A stretch of 64,000 nt of DNA from Defluviitaleaceae bacterium (lineage in GTDB: Bacteria; Bacillota; Clostridia; Lachnospirales; WRAX01), in NCBI GenBank assembly GCA_009779935.1, contig WRAX01000005.1, forward strand, positions 24,248-88,247, read 5' to 3'. The notes below the pieces were generated by a model, which saw nothing but the letters and a program-made list of their open reading frames with translations, was not told the DNA's origin and ran no database searches. A program made the translations under genes and the position numbers. Shown here piece after piece: positions 37,980-47,307 of the stretch (position 1 is the stretch's first letter; each line of letters starts with the position of its first letter).

Positions 37980-39341
37980 ATGAAAACAAAAATCCCCAAA
38001 ACCATCACAATCCTAACTCTACTAACACTAACCATGGTCTTCTATGCCTGTGGGGGTACCGAAGTAGAGTGTGGATACAACGACGACGATATCGGCAATT
38101 ATAATGATTATAAAGCCAAACATGACTATGCGTACATAAGCATACAACCCACAGAAGACGAACTTAGACATCAAGTATCACAACTTTTGATTGAAGACCT
38201 GGAATTACTTTACAAAGATATGCGTTCAAACATTATGGCTCTTTCAAATGCAGTGTATAGACGAACCCAGCACGAAGTAGGGTTTGGCATTGATATTTGG
38301 AGAAGCATGAGGCGGATTATTGAAAATCTTGAAACTGGAAGCGTGCAGTTTGGTGCAGGTGTGACGGATTTTGACGAGATGCTTGCGGCCGGCTCGCAGC
38401 ATATAGTTAGTCGATTGAATTTTTAGGTCATAACACATCTGGCCTACTGCATCTTGGGGCATCCACCGAGGGCTTTGCGGGAATTGGGTGGGATGACCAC
38501 TATGGGTCCATACTCGTCCGTCCGTTAAGAACATATCAATCCATTCAAGAAATTGATACTTCATTCAACCCCTAGGCATGGCACCAGCAAAAGCTTAATA
38601 AGTGGCAATATTGCGTATTTAAGAATAGAATCTGCTTTAAATATAGATTTAGACAGAAATAATTTAATGCAATTTTATGAAGAAATACAGAATTATAGCC
38701 ATCTCATTATTGATATAAGAAATCATATGGGAGGGCATTATTTTCATTTTGCTGACGTGGTAATGAGTCCACTTATAGAAAGTGCCGTTCATGCAACGTA
38801 TTATCAATTTTTTACAGAAGGAGAGCACCGTGCTTGGCAAATGGCAAATGTGGATGCATTGTGGGACGAATTCTATGAAATGGGTTGGCGCACTATGGAA
38901 GTTACGAATTACGAAGCTTCCGTATTTGTATCAGAAAATAACATGATATATTTTAACGAAAGTGATTTGGGCTATCTATCCTATGCCACAAGATTCCGAT
39001 ACACAATTCATCCTTCGTACACAAATTTTCCTTTCAGAGGCAAGGTGTGGTTGTTGATTGACGGCGCACAATCAGCAGGAGTAGGGGCTGCCATATATGC
39101 CGAAACATCAGGATTTGCAACAACGGTGGGCAGACCAACAGGTGGCGTTACACATGCGGAACGAACTTATTTGAGATTGCCAAACTCTGGGGTGTATGTA
39201 CATGTAGATGTAGGTTATATCGTAGATGCCAATGGCCGCTCTGTGGTAGAATTTGGATGGCCACCCCAAATACCCAGCCGCCCGGGCTTGGATGCTTTGC
39301 AGACCGTACTTGCTTTGATACAGGAGGGCTATGGGCAATAA
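37980..39341 (+). pseudogene. S41-like peptidase lipoprotein, disrupted by frame changes
   Basis: Lipobox MVFYAC; three pieces in frames 0/2/0 (37980-38426, 38426-38575, 38553-39341); C-terminal piece has IIDIRNHMGG and aligns with the intact paralogue at 47308. Confidence 0.6.
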
Positions 39342-39547
39342 AAAATCAGAAAATTATCGGGGACTGGTTCTTGGTGCTTACAGTCCGTTCATTTCAAAAA
39401 ACAAAATTGAAGAGGAATGAGGTGTGTCAATTTTTCAAAAATTCCTTCTGATATTTTAGGGTGGTAGGTGTTGGGCCGAGCGGTTATGTGAGCATGATTG
39501 GATAATTTTGAGATTTGTAGGCATAAAACAGAAAAAGGGGTGAAGTC

Positions 39548-40954
39548 GTGGCTTTATTGCATAACAATTTAATAATAAATAAAAACAGCGAAAGATTTAC
39601 ACCTTTTCTAATCAACCTACTGTCCGGAAGAAGGCGATTGCTTAAAGATGATGAATTTCAACTCATAAAATCCATGGCATTAAAACAGGACTTGGCGGAC
39701 TATACTGAGGATGAGTTAATTTTATTCGGAAACTTAAAGGCGGAGAAGCAACTTTTGGAAGAGAATGAACGCATAATGATTGAAGAGAAGATGAATGATA
39801 TAGGTTATTTTCATACAAACACGGACATTCCTGATGAAATTGAATTTTCAATTCACTTAACGTGGAAGTGCAATATGAGTTGCTCCTACTGCATTGCCGG
39901 CTCGTATGTTGGCAATGATTTGACCATAACGTCAGAGCATGTGGATAGCATCTATAACTTCTATCTAAATTTTATGAGCGAAGCTGAGCTTCAAGCAAAG
40001 GTTAAGAGCATTGGAATATCTGGCGGCGAACCCTTGCTGAACTCTGAAACTGTTGGTGCCCTGAATTACATAAATAAAAAATGGCCAAATGCTAAGTTAG
40101 GAATACTTACAAATGGTGTGAATTTGTTGAAATTCTATCAGCACTTACCTTTGAGAAATATCGAGGAAGTTCATGTTTCTTTAGATGGCTTAAAAGAGAC
40201 TCATCTGGATAGGTGATACAGTAACGAAAAAGTTTCACCAGATATCTACGATAATATAATAGGTGGCATAAAAAAACTTTTAGAAGATGAAATTTCAGTA
40301 ACGATTAAAAGCTGCATTGATAAAAATAATTATAGAGAACACCAAGAATTTAAGAGCTTCTTAAAAGAAGAGGGTATTACCACATCATCTTTTTGTACAC
40401 ATCAGAATTCTCATATAATGGACTTTAATAATCATTTAAACATAGATGAAAACTCCAATAGCGTAGAGGACATACGAAGAATAAGGGAATTTGTCTTTCC
40501 TGACCTTGCCTACATGCCACCTTTTTCTGACCTTGCTATTTTATATCAGATGATGAGTCGAATAAGTGACGAACCTTTCATGCCAAAGCGCATGAGGTGC
40601 AGTAGCGGCTTCTTATCAAAATACGCATTTGCACCAAATGGAAAAATATATTTTTGCACCTGCAACACTGCGAGTTCAGGAATGATAGGAGAATATTATC
40701 ATCAAATGTCAATCGATAACTCTGTGATATCTGGGCTTGCGCACAGGAGTGTGATGCAAAGTGATGAGTGTAAAAAATGCCCATATAAATTTGTTTGTTT
40801 GGGTTGTTGTCCGAAAAACTCAGAAGGACAGCTTGCAGATATGACAAAGATGACCTGTGGTGTATTTGGGTTTCCTGAAATTTTAGATAATATTGAGTTT
40901 GACTACCGCACAATTGCAAATGTCAAAAATAACTCAGATAGAAAGGTGGTTTGA
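39548..40954 (+). pseudogene. radical SAM/SPASM peptide maturase 1, single in-frame TGA
   Basis: CNMSCSYC (CxxxCxxC), GGEPLL, C-terminal SPASM Cys pattern (YFCTC...ECKKCPYKFVCLGCCP); ORFs 39548-40216 and 40418-40954 share a frame that is open across 40217-40417. Confidence 0.8.
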
Positions 40955-40956
40955 CC

Positions 40957-42530
40957 ATGAAGAGATTTTTGCTTTCCACTCTGGCGTTCTTCATGTTGCT
41001 ATTTTTTGTTGCTTGTAGCAACAATGAATCGGAAGCTGATGACTACAATGACAACCACGAAAACGAAGCGAAAGCTATAATGGTGGTTGATATCGAGTTT
41101 AATAATGCCAATCCAATAATGGCTCGCATAACCAACTATGCTGTAACAGCACAAATCGGAAACAGAGCTTATTTTTTTCATGATGCTGATGAAGCTGCCA
41201 CAGAATTTGTTAATATTGCAGAAGCCATAATACTGCAGCTGGAAAATTACATAGCAATACCATACTTTCGACTGCAAATTTATAACACACCTAATCCTAA
41301 AAACTATCGATTTAGCCATGTGGAGATCAGTGTAAATTTTGATAACAACGATACCTTTGGATGGCTCGCCAACCAACTTTCCCGTAACCACTTGCCCATG
41401 TGGCTGTCGGTAGGGTTGGAAGCTTACGTAAAAACGAATTTAGGCATTTTTGCACCAACCGACAGTAGCTTTTTATCAGGTACTCATTTTAGCGACTTAT
41501 CATTCGCTCCTAATATGCAGCGAACCACCGAAAGAAACATTGCTATTAATATGGCTTATGATTTTACAAGCCACTTATCGGAATCAGACATACTATTAGA
41601 TCTTGTTGCATTGTATCAAACAGGTCATACGTATCAAGCAAATGAAAAAGCATCACGGCATTTTTATAACCACTTCGGGTGGCATATGCACACAGCCATG
41701 ATAAACATGGTCAACTCAACGATTGCGATAACAAGTGGAGTAGATGTCATAACCTTCTTTTTCAATTGCCTGAGCGACATACCGCACATTAATGATATTG
41801 CAAACTACATAGAATATATACGCAATGCGATTGATTTTACTGTGGATTTTATGGCGCAGTTTACTGATTTTGAGGCTGGTGATATAAGGGTTGATATTTA
41901 CTATGATGAGGAAGCCACAATAGCTTTCGCATTTAATGACTGGATAACCATAAGAGGGGCTTTAATATTAACTGGATGGCTCACGAAGTGGTGCATGCGG
42001 TTCTATATTGGGTGTATAGCCAGCAGGGTATTCGTCCACCCCGTCATCTTGAAGAAGGATTTGCCATGTATGTTGATTCCATTTTTATCCTTTCGGAAGA
42101 ATTTGACCATCAACTTGCCCATTTGAGCCATCTTGAAAATGAATTTGGTGAAAATGCTCTCAGAAACATGGTCAGTAAAGAGATTGACTTTGCTTGGCAC
42201 TTTATATCACACTATCGTCTAACCCGAATGGATTATTACTACACGGGGGATTTTGGGCATCGCATCCCATACTCAGAAGTGGGGTCGCCATACCACATCC
42301 CAGCTATTAACAGGCACGAAACGGCTGCTTCTTTTGTGATATACCTTATACACACTCATGGCATCGATAGCTTTGTACATGTACTTTGGGATACCCACAA
42401 TTTTTATCATACATACGGAAGGGATATACATGGTATGGTTGAAGAATGGCGGGAGTTTTTGCACTACTTTGTTGAGAATCATGAATATTATTACGAATGG
42501 GAATCGATATCCCAAAGCTTTTGGGGATAA
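40957..42530 (+). pseudogene. MA-type (HExxH) metallopeptidase-like lipoprotein 1, frameshifted
   Basis: Lipobox LLFFVAC; LPMWLSVGLEAYV; frame change at the G4 run 41956-41959; downstream frame carries MAHEVVHAV...LEEGFAMYV. Confidence 0.65.
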
Positions 42531-42572
42531 TCATTAATTCATTTGAATGTTTACGGATCAGTTGTACTTGAA

Positions 42573-42886
42573 ACCAAGAAAATATGGGGTTGACCAACTC
42601 ATGCAAGCACTTACAAAGGAGGAAAAAACATGAAATCAAGCGATCAAATGACATCTATAATCGACTTAATGTGGGAGCCAGAAGAAACAGTGGAACTATT
42701 GTCCCCTACAATGACGCAGCAGTGTATGGATATGAGTTGTTATCCTGGCATTACACTCCCTTGGCTGTGTATGTCATGTTTTCCAATGAGCAGTAATCGA
42801 AATTGGATTTGTTAGTTAAAAGCTGAGCAAAGAAGCTGCTGCGTTACAAATACATCAGCGGTTGGTCAACCCTATATTTTCTTGGT
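42573..42886. repeat. 26-bp inverted repeat pair flanking precursor gene 1
   Basis: ACCAAGAAAATATGGGGTTGACCAAC 42573-42598 and GTTGGTCAACCCTATATTTTCTTGGT 42861-42886; 25/26 complementary. Confidence 0.85.
42630..42815 (+). CDS. Cys-rich precursor peptide 1 (61 aa)
   Basis: RBS AAAGGAGG; MKSSDQMTSIIDLMWEPEETVELLSPTMTQQCMDMSCYPGITLPWLCMSCFPMSSNRNWIC. Confidence 0.7.
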   Translation: MKSSDQMTSIIDLMWEPEETVELLSPTMTQQCMDMSCYPGITLPWLCMSCFPMSSNRNWIC

Positions 42887-42901
42887 TTTGGAGGATGTAA
42901 A

Positions 42902-43117
42902 ATGGAAAAGAGTTTAGATACAGCAAACTCAATAACATCTATCATCGACTTGATTTGGGAGGTAGATGACGTAGCAGAAGTGGTTGTGCCAATGATGAAC
43001 AAGGCTTGCATAGGCAATAGTTGCAGCATGAATACAAGGTCTCCACAAAATCCTCCCGCTTCCACCTTGGGCGGGTCCTCAAGGTGCATTAAATCCACAA
43101 AAAGGAGTGGCGTTCAC
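42902..43117 (+). CDS. Cys-rich precursor peptide 2, no stop codon before the next gene
   Basis: RBS GGAGG; MEKSLDTANSITSIIDLIWEVDDVAEVVVPMMNKACIGNSCSMNTRSPQNPPASTLGGSSRCIKSTKRSGVH runs in frame into the lipoprotein ATG at 43118. Confidence 0.6.
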
Positions 43118-44539
43118 ATGAATGTAGCTAAAATTTCATCAAGATTAAAGTGTATTAGTAGGTTGCTTATTGCTATATCGGCATGTGTAGCATTAATACT
43201 ACTATCTGCTTGTAGCGAAGAAGCTAATGTTGCAGAACATTACAACCCAGAACCCACTATCATGGTAGAATTTGTCGAAACAAACCCCATAATACAGAGA
43301 ACCACAGGATATACAATCACCACACAGGTGGGTCGCAGAACATATCTATTTGAACAAGATGACCCAGTGGCTAACACCGACTTCATTAATACCGTAGAAG
43401 CTATAATCAATGGACTGGACCAGTTTATGGACATACCATACTTCCAACTACGTATACGTCACACCACAAACCCGCAAAATTACCATTTTTCTGCAACAGA
43501 GATTAGCTTTAACCTTGACAACGACGATACCTTTGGATGGCTTGCGCATATTTTGAGCCGTGGCAGTATGCCCATGTGGTTGTCGGTTGGATTAGAGGCT
43601 TATGTTAGGGCAGGATTGGGGTTGTTTGCGCCTGCTTCGCACAACCCTTCATTTGCATTGAATAATTCGGTATTTTTGCCTTATCTCTGGGGCACGGAAG
43701 AGCACACACAAGCTATTAATGCAGCTTATCATTCAGTGGTAACAAATGGTCACTTAGAAGATGTTATAAATCACATGCCACAATTTTGGCTATCTTTCAA
43801 TTTAATAAACAACAGCATTACTGCCACCAAAGATATGCTCACAGTAAACTTTGTTTTTGAGCATATCGGCGACCTCATATCTCTTGACGATATTGAGCAA
43901 TATATAGCTTATATATCCGATGCCAAAATGTTTGTAACAGACTTTTTTACTCAGCACAGGAATTTTGAGCTTTCTCCGATAGAAATTACCATAAATTATA
44001 CCAACACCAACACTTTTCCATTGGACATGTCGCTTCCTCGACGAATTTACATAAATGATAAGAGTTATGTTTCTGCAACGCCCGCACTGTTGGCTCACGC
44101 AGTGCTTTTGGATATTGATTCAGAAAATTTGCCAGTTGGTGCATTGCGCCATGGGATTTCCAACTACTTAAGAATCAACTTTAACGCTTCTGATAATTTC
44201 ACTCATGTGCTGCCTCATACAGATGCCGGCGATAGAAGTAAACGTCAAGAGCATTATCGTAATTTGCGTATTAATGGGAGTCACGCTTTAGCTTACAACC
44301 ATTTCGCCAACGGTTATCCTAACTATTTTAGTTACAACTCCAGTGCGGGTAATTTTAATATCGGCACTACCGATACTGCCCATTCCTTTGGCTTGTATTT
44401 GATAGATACATATGAAGTAGAATATTTTTTGGATGCCATATGGAATGTTGAAAATTTTGTAAATGTTTATGGTAGGGATGTTCACGGCATGATTGATGAA
44501 TGGATGATTTTTTTGAAAGATTTATTCAGCACCGAATAA
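43118..44539 (+). CDS. MA-like lipoprotein 2 (catalytic motif degenerate)
   Basis: Own RBS AAGGAG; lipobox ALILLSAC; paralogue of 40957 (FGWLAHILSRGSMPMWLSVGLEAYV); HExxH position reads AHAVL. Confidence 0.7.
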   Translation: MNVAKISSRLKCISRLLIAISACVALILLSACSEEANVAEHYNPEPTIMVEFVETNPIIQRTTGYTITTQVGRRTYLFEQDDPVANTDFINTVEAIINGLDQFMDIPYFQLRIRHTTNPQNYHFSATEISFNLDNDDTFGWLAHILSRGSMPMWLSVGLEAYVRAGLGLFAPASHNPSFALNNSVFLPYLWGTEEHTQAINAAYHSVVTNGHLEDVINHMPQFWLSFNLINNSITATKDMLTVNFVFEHIGDLISLDDIEQYIAYISDAKMFVTDFFTQHRNFELSPIEITINYTNTNTFPLDMSLPRRIYINDKSYVSATPALLAHAVLLDIDSENLPVGALRHGISNYLRINFNASDNFTHVLPHTDAGDRSKRQEHYRNLRINGSHALAYNHFANGYPNYFSYNSSAGNFNIGTTDTAHSFGLYLIDTYEVEYFLDAIWNVENFVNVYGRDVHGMIDEWMIFLKDLFSTE

Positions 44540-44604
44540 ACTAAGGGATTCTAAGAGGAGTATAGGGTTAGCTAAATTTTACTTACACTAAGGAGGAATT
44601 GAGT

Positions 44605-44793
44605 ATGGACTTAAAAAAGATTGAAATTTTGATTACACCGGTCATCGACCTTATATGGGAAGTTGATATTATTGAAAACACAGAATTTTTGCCAACCAAC
44701 ATGGTTGTAACTTGCATGGATATTAGTTGTGGTGGTTTTGGTCTTGTTTGTGGGGGTTCCTGGAAAACCCCCATGTGTCGCCCGTTAGGTTAA
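44605..44793 (+). CDS. Cys-rich precursor peptide 3 (62 aa)
   Basis: RBS AAGGAGG 8 nt upstream; MDLKKIEILITPVIDLIWEVDIIENTEFLPTNMVVTCMDISCGGFGLVCGGSWKTPMCRPLG. Confidence 0.7.
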   Translation: MDLKKIEILITPVIDLIWEVDIIENTEFLPTNMVVTCMDISCGGFGLVCGGSWKTPMCRPLG

Positions 44794-44885
44794 TGTTACA
44801 AAAGTAGTTTAACTTTTTGGAGCAAAACCCTATACTACTCTGGGATCTAATAACTTCAAAAACTTCGAGCAACGGAGGTTTGGGA

Positions 44886-46260
44886 ATGAAGCTTATAAGG
44901 CATGTAATTCCAGTGGACATAAACAGTGAAGAAAAGCTGATGATTAACTCCTTAAACGGTATTATTGATAAAATTAGTGTACCTGTTTATGAAATCTTTC
45001 GAAAGTGGAGAGGGGTTGAGGAGATAGTTCCCGAATGCGAGGTGGAGGTCGCCTTATTTGAAAGCCTCAAAATGCGTGGGTATCTATCAAATAGCTCAAA
45101 AGATGAGGATGTTGTGAAAGAGAAACTTGTAGCTCGCTTACGGGAAATAAGCACCAAGCAAAGAGAGGCGTGCAGGAGCATCACCTTTATCCCTTCATAT
45201 AACTGCAACTTCCGATGCCCTTATTGCTTTGAAGGAGAAAACACTCTTAAAAAGGGAAATTATGACACCAGATCAAGTGGATGCCGCATTAGAATTGGCT
45301 GGTGAAAACTTGGAAAGCGTGGGGTTTTTTGGTGGAGAGCCTTTGTTGGCATCCAATAAAAAAATATTAGAATATATTATATCAAAAACCAAAGGGAAAA
45401 CTTTTAGTATCACCACCAATGGATATCACTTGGAGGAGTTTTTTGAAATCTTGTCACCACTAAAATTTTCTGAAATCTTGGTTACACTGGATGGAGGAGA
45501 GGACACTCACAATAGTCGTAGGTTTTTGGTGGGCGGCAAACCGACATATAGCAAAATTTTGAAGGGTATTGAAAAGTGCCTGTCAAATGGCATGCCCATA
45601 TGCATTAGGATGAATCTGGAAAGTAGTAATCTGGAAGAAGGTCAACTCTTGCAACAAGAACTTATGAATAGATTCCAAAAGCATGGAGGATTGGTTTCAT
45701 TTGAAATGGGAACCATTTTTGGAATACCCGAAGAAGACAAAGTAAACATTCTCACCCAGCTATATAAAACAGATGCTATATGTTCGCCAGAAGAAAAGCG
45801 AAAAAGAAATAGCATGGTGGGTAGATTTAATCCCATAATAAATAGCATGACCATAGGCACAAAGCTACGACCAACATACTCATTTTGCTCCGCTCACATA
45901 AGCAGCTTCATTGTTGATCCCTATGGAATGATATATGCCTGTCTCCCATCAGTCGGCAAACCCACCCTATCCATCGGCACATACTACCCCAACATCGAAT
46001 TTAAAGAAAAAAGCATTTACACCCGCAATATAGAAACAATCTCCGAATGCAGAGAGTGTGTCTATTCATTACTTTGTGGCGGGGGTTGCCCTTTGGGAGT
46101 TATGAGATGTGAAGATGATATAATGAAACCGGAGTGCTTCTCCATTAAAAACCAAGTGCATAACATATTGCCCAGGTTTTACAACATTAACGAAGATGCT
46201 AAAAATAAAAACAAAGAAACCAAAAACCAAAACCAGCCAGCAAAAGCTTGTTCTTTGTGA
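44886..46260 (+). pseudogene. radical SAM/SPASM peptide maturase 2, 1-nt frameshift
   Basis: CNFRCPYC lies in the frame of ORF 44817-45305; GGEPLL and the SPASM pattern (ECRECVYSLLCGGGCP) lie in the +1 frame of ORF 45229-46260; switch within 45236-45260. Confidence 0.8.
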
Positions 46261-46285
46261 TTAAGATTTTAAGTGGAGACTACCT

Positions 46286-47266
46286 ATGATGACAAACGCC
46301 CTAATATTAGCTGACATTGAAGGTATCATCGGTGTTAATGAAACATTTGGTGATAATGCCGGTGAATTGTTCACACAAGAAGTGGAGCTATGTATCAATG
46401 TCCTGTTGGAAAACGGCATCCACAAAATCACTGTTTGCGATGCCCATAACAAGGGGGACATGATTTTACCCAGAATTACCGAGGGGCGTGATAATGTCAA
46501 GCTGGTTTCGCAAGTCCGCAGTGTTTGTTTTGCAGAAAAGTATGACTTTGCAATAATGGTTGGATATCATGGAATGGAAGGCAGCCCCGGCATTTGGCCC
46601 CACACATACCGCTATGATATTAAGCAGACTTCTATTTTCGATAAAAGATTAGGAAAAAACATTCCCATTGGCGAGGTGGAGATTGGTGCCAGATGGCTGG
46701 GCTTTCATGGTGTGCCGGTTATTTTTGTATCTGGTGATAGAGAGGCGGCTTACGAAGCCAATCAATTCAACCCATACAGACAAGCTTCTTGTATAAGAAC
46801 ACTCCTTCAAACCGAAGAAATAAAGATTGAAGTTTTGCGTGATAAATTAGTGCAAGATCTCAAATCATCTTTAAAATTGGACTGGGATTTATGCTTGTCC
46901 TGTGATAATAGTCCCATTCTGGTTGAGTTTTACCACTCTGAAACCGCTGATGCCTTAGTGGCAAAGGGATATACCAAATTCATCAACGTAGATGGCAGCG
47001 AGGGCATCACATTCAAAAGCTGTTCTGAACTTGTTAGCGAAATCCATCACATAGCCGGCCTCTTAAATCAAATCGGATTTGAGGTGGAAACCGCCAACAT
47101 CGCTTTCTTAAAAGAGGTACGTGAATTAGCTAAAAATCTTGATAAAGATGCAGTTGCAAATTCGGAGGCCGGGCCACTACTTAGCACCAGCCTTACCCTG
47201 TTGGACAAGGTGGCTCGTGATAAAGTTATGGTGATTTTGAGGAGTATGGTGAATGGAAGTGTATAA
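46286..47266 (+). CDS. M55-family D-aminopeptidase (DppA-like)
   Basis: LADIEGIIG, VCDAHNKG, MVGYHGMEGSPGIWPHT and IGEVEIGARWLGFHGVPVIFVSGD align with B. subtilis DppA motifs as I recall them. Confidence 0.8.
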   Translation: MMTNALILADIEGIIGVNETFGDNAGELFTQEVELCINVLLENGIHKITVCDAHNKGDMILPRITEGRDNVKLVSQVRSVCFAEKYDFAIMVGYHGMEGSPGIWPHTYRYDIKQTSIFDKRLGKNIPIGEVEIGARWLGFHGVPVIFVSGDREAAYEANQFNPYRQASCIRTLLQTEEIKIEVLRDKLVQDLKSSLKLDWDLCLSCDNSPILVEFYHSETADALVAKGYTKFINVDGSEGITFKSCSELVSEIHHIAGLLNQIGFEVETANIAFLKEVRELAKNLDKDAVANSEAGPLLSTSLTLLDKVARDKVMVILRSMVNGSV

Positions 47267-47307
47267 ATCAATCCCCCAACACCCCAACCCGAAAGGTGGT
47301 AAATTAA

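Noticed and set aside
40214-40216. The in-frame TGA in rSAM-1 as a selenocysteine codon
   Set aside because: The paralogue has Arg at the aligned position, consistent with a CGA to TGA change. I see no stable hairpin immediately 3' of the codon. Many other genes in the same island are also broken.
42844-43098. 84-aa minus-strand ORF
   Set aside because: It is antisense to precursor 2. The plus-strand ORF has an RBS and the conserved leader shared with pre1 and pre3.
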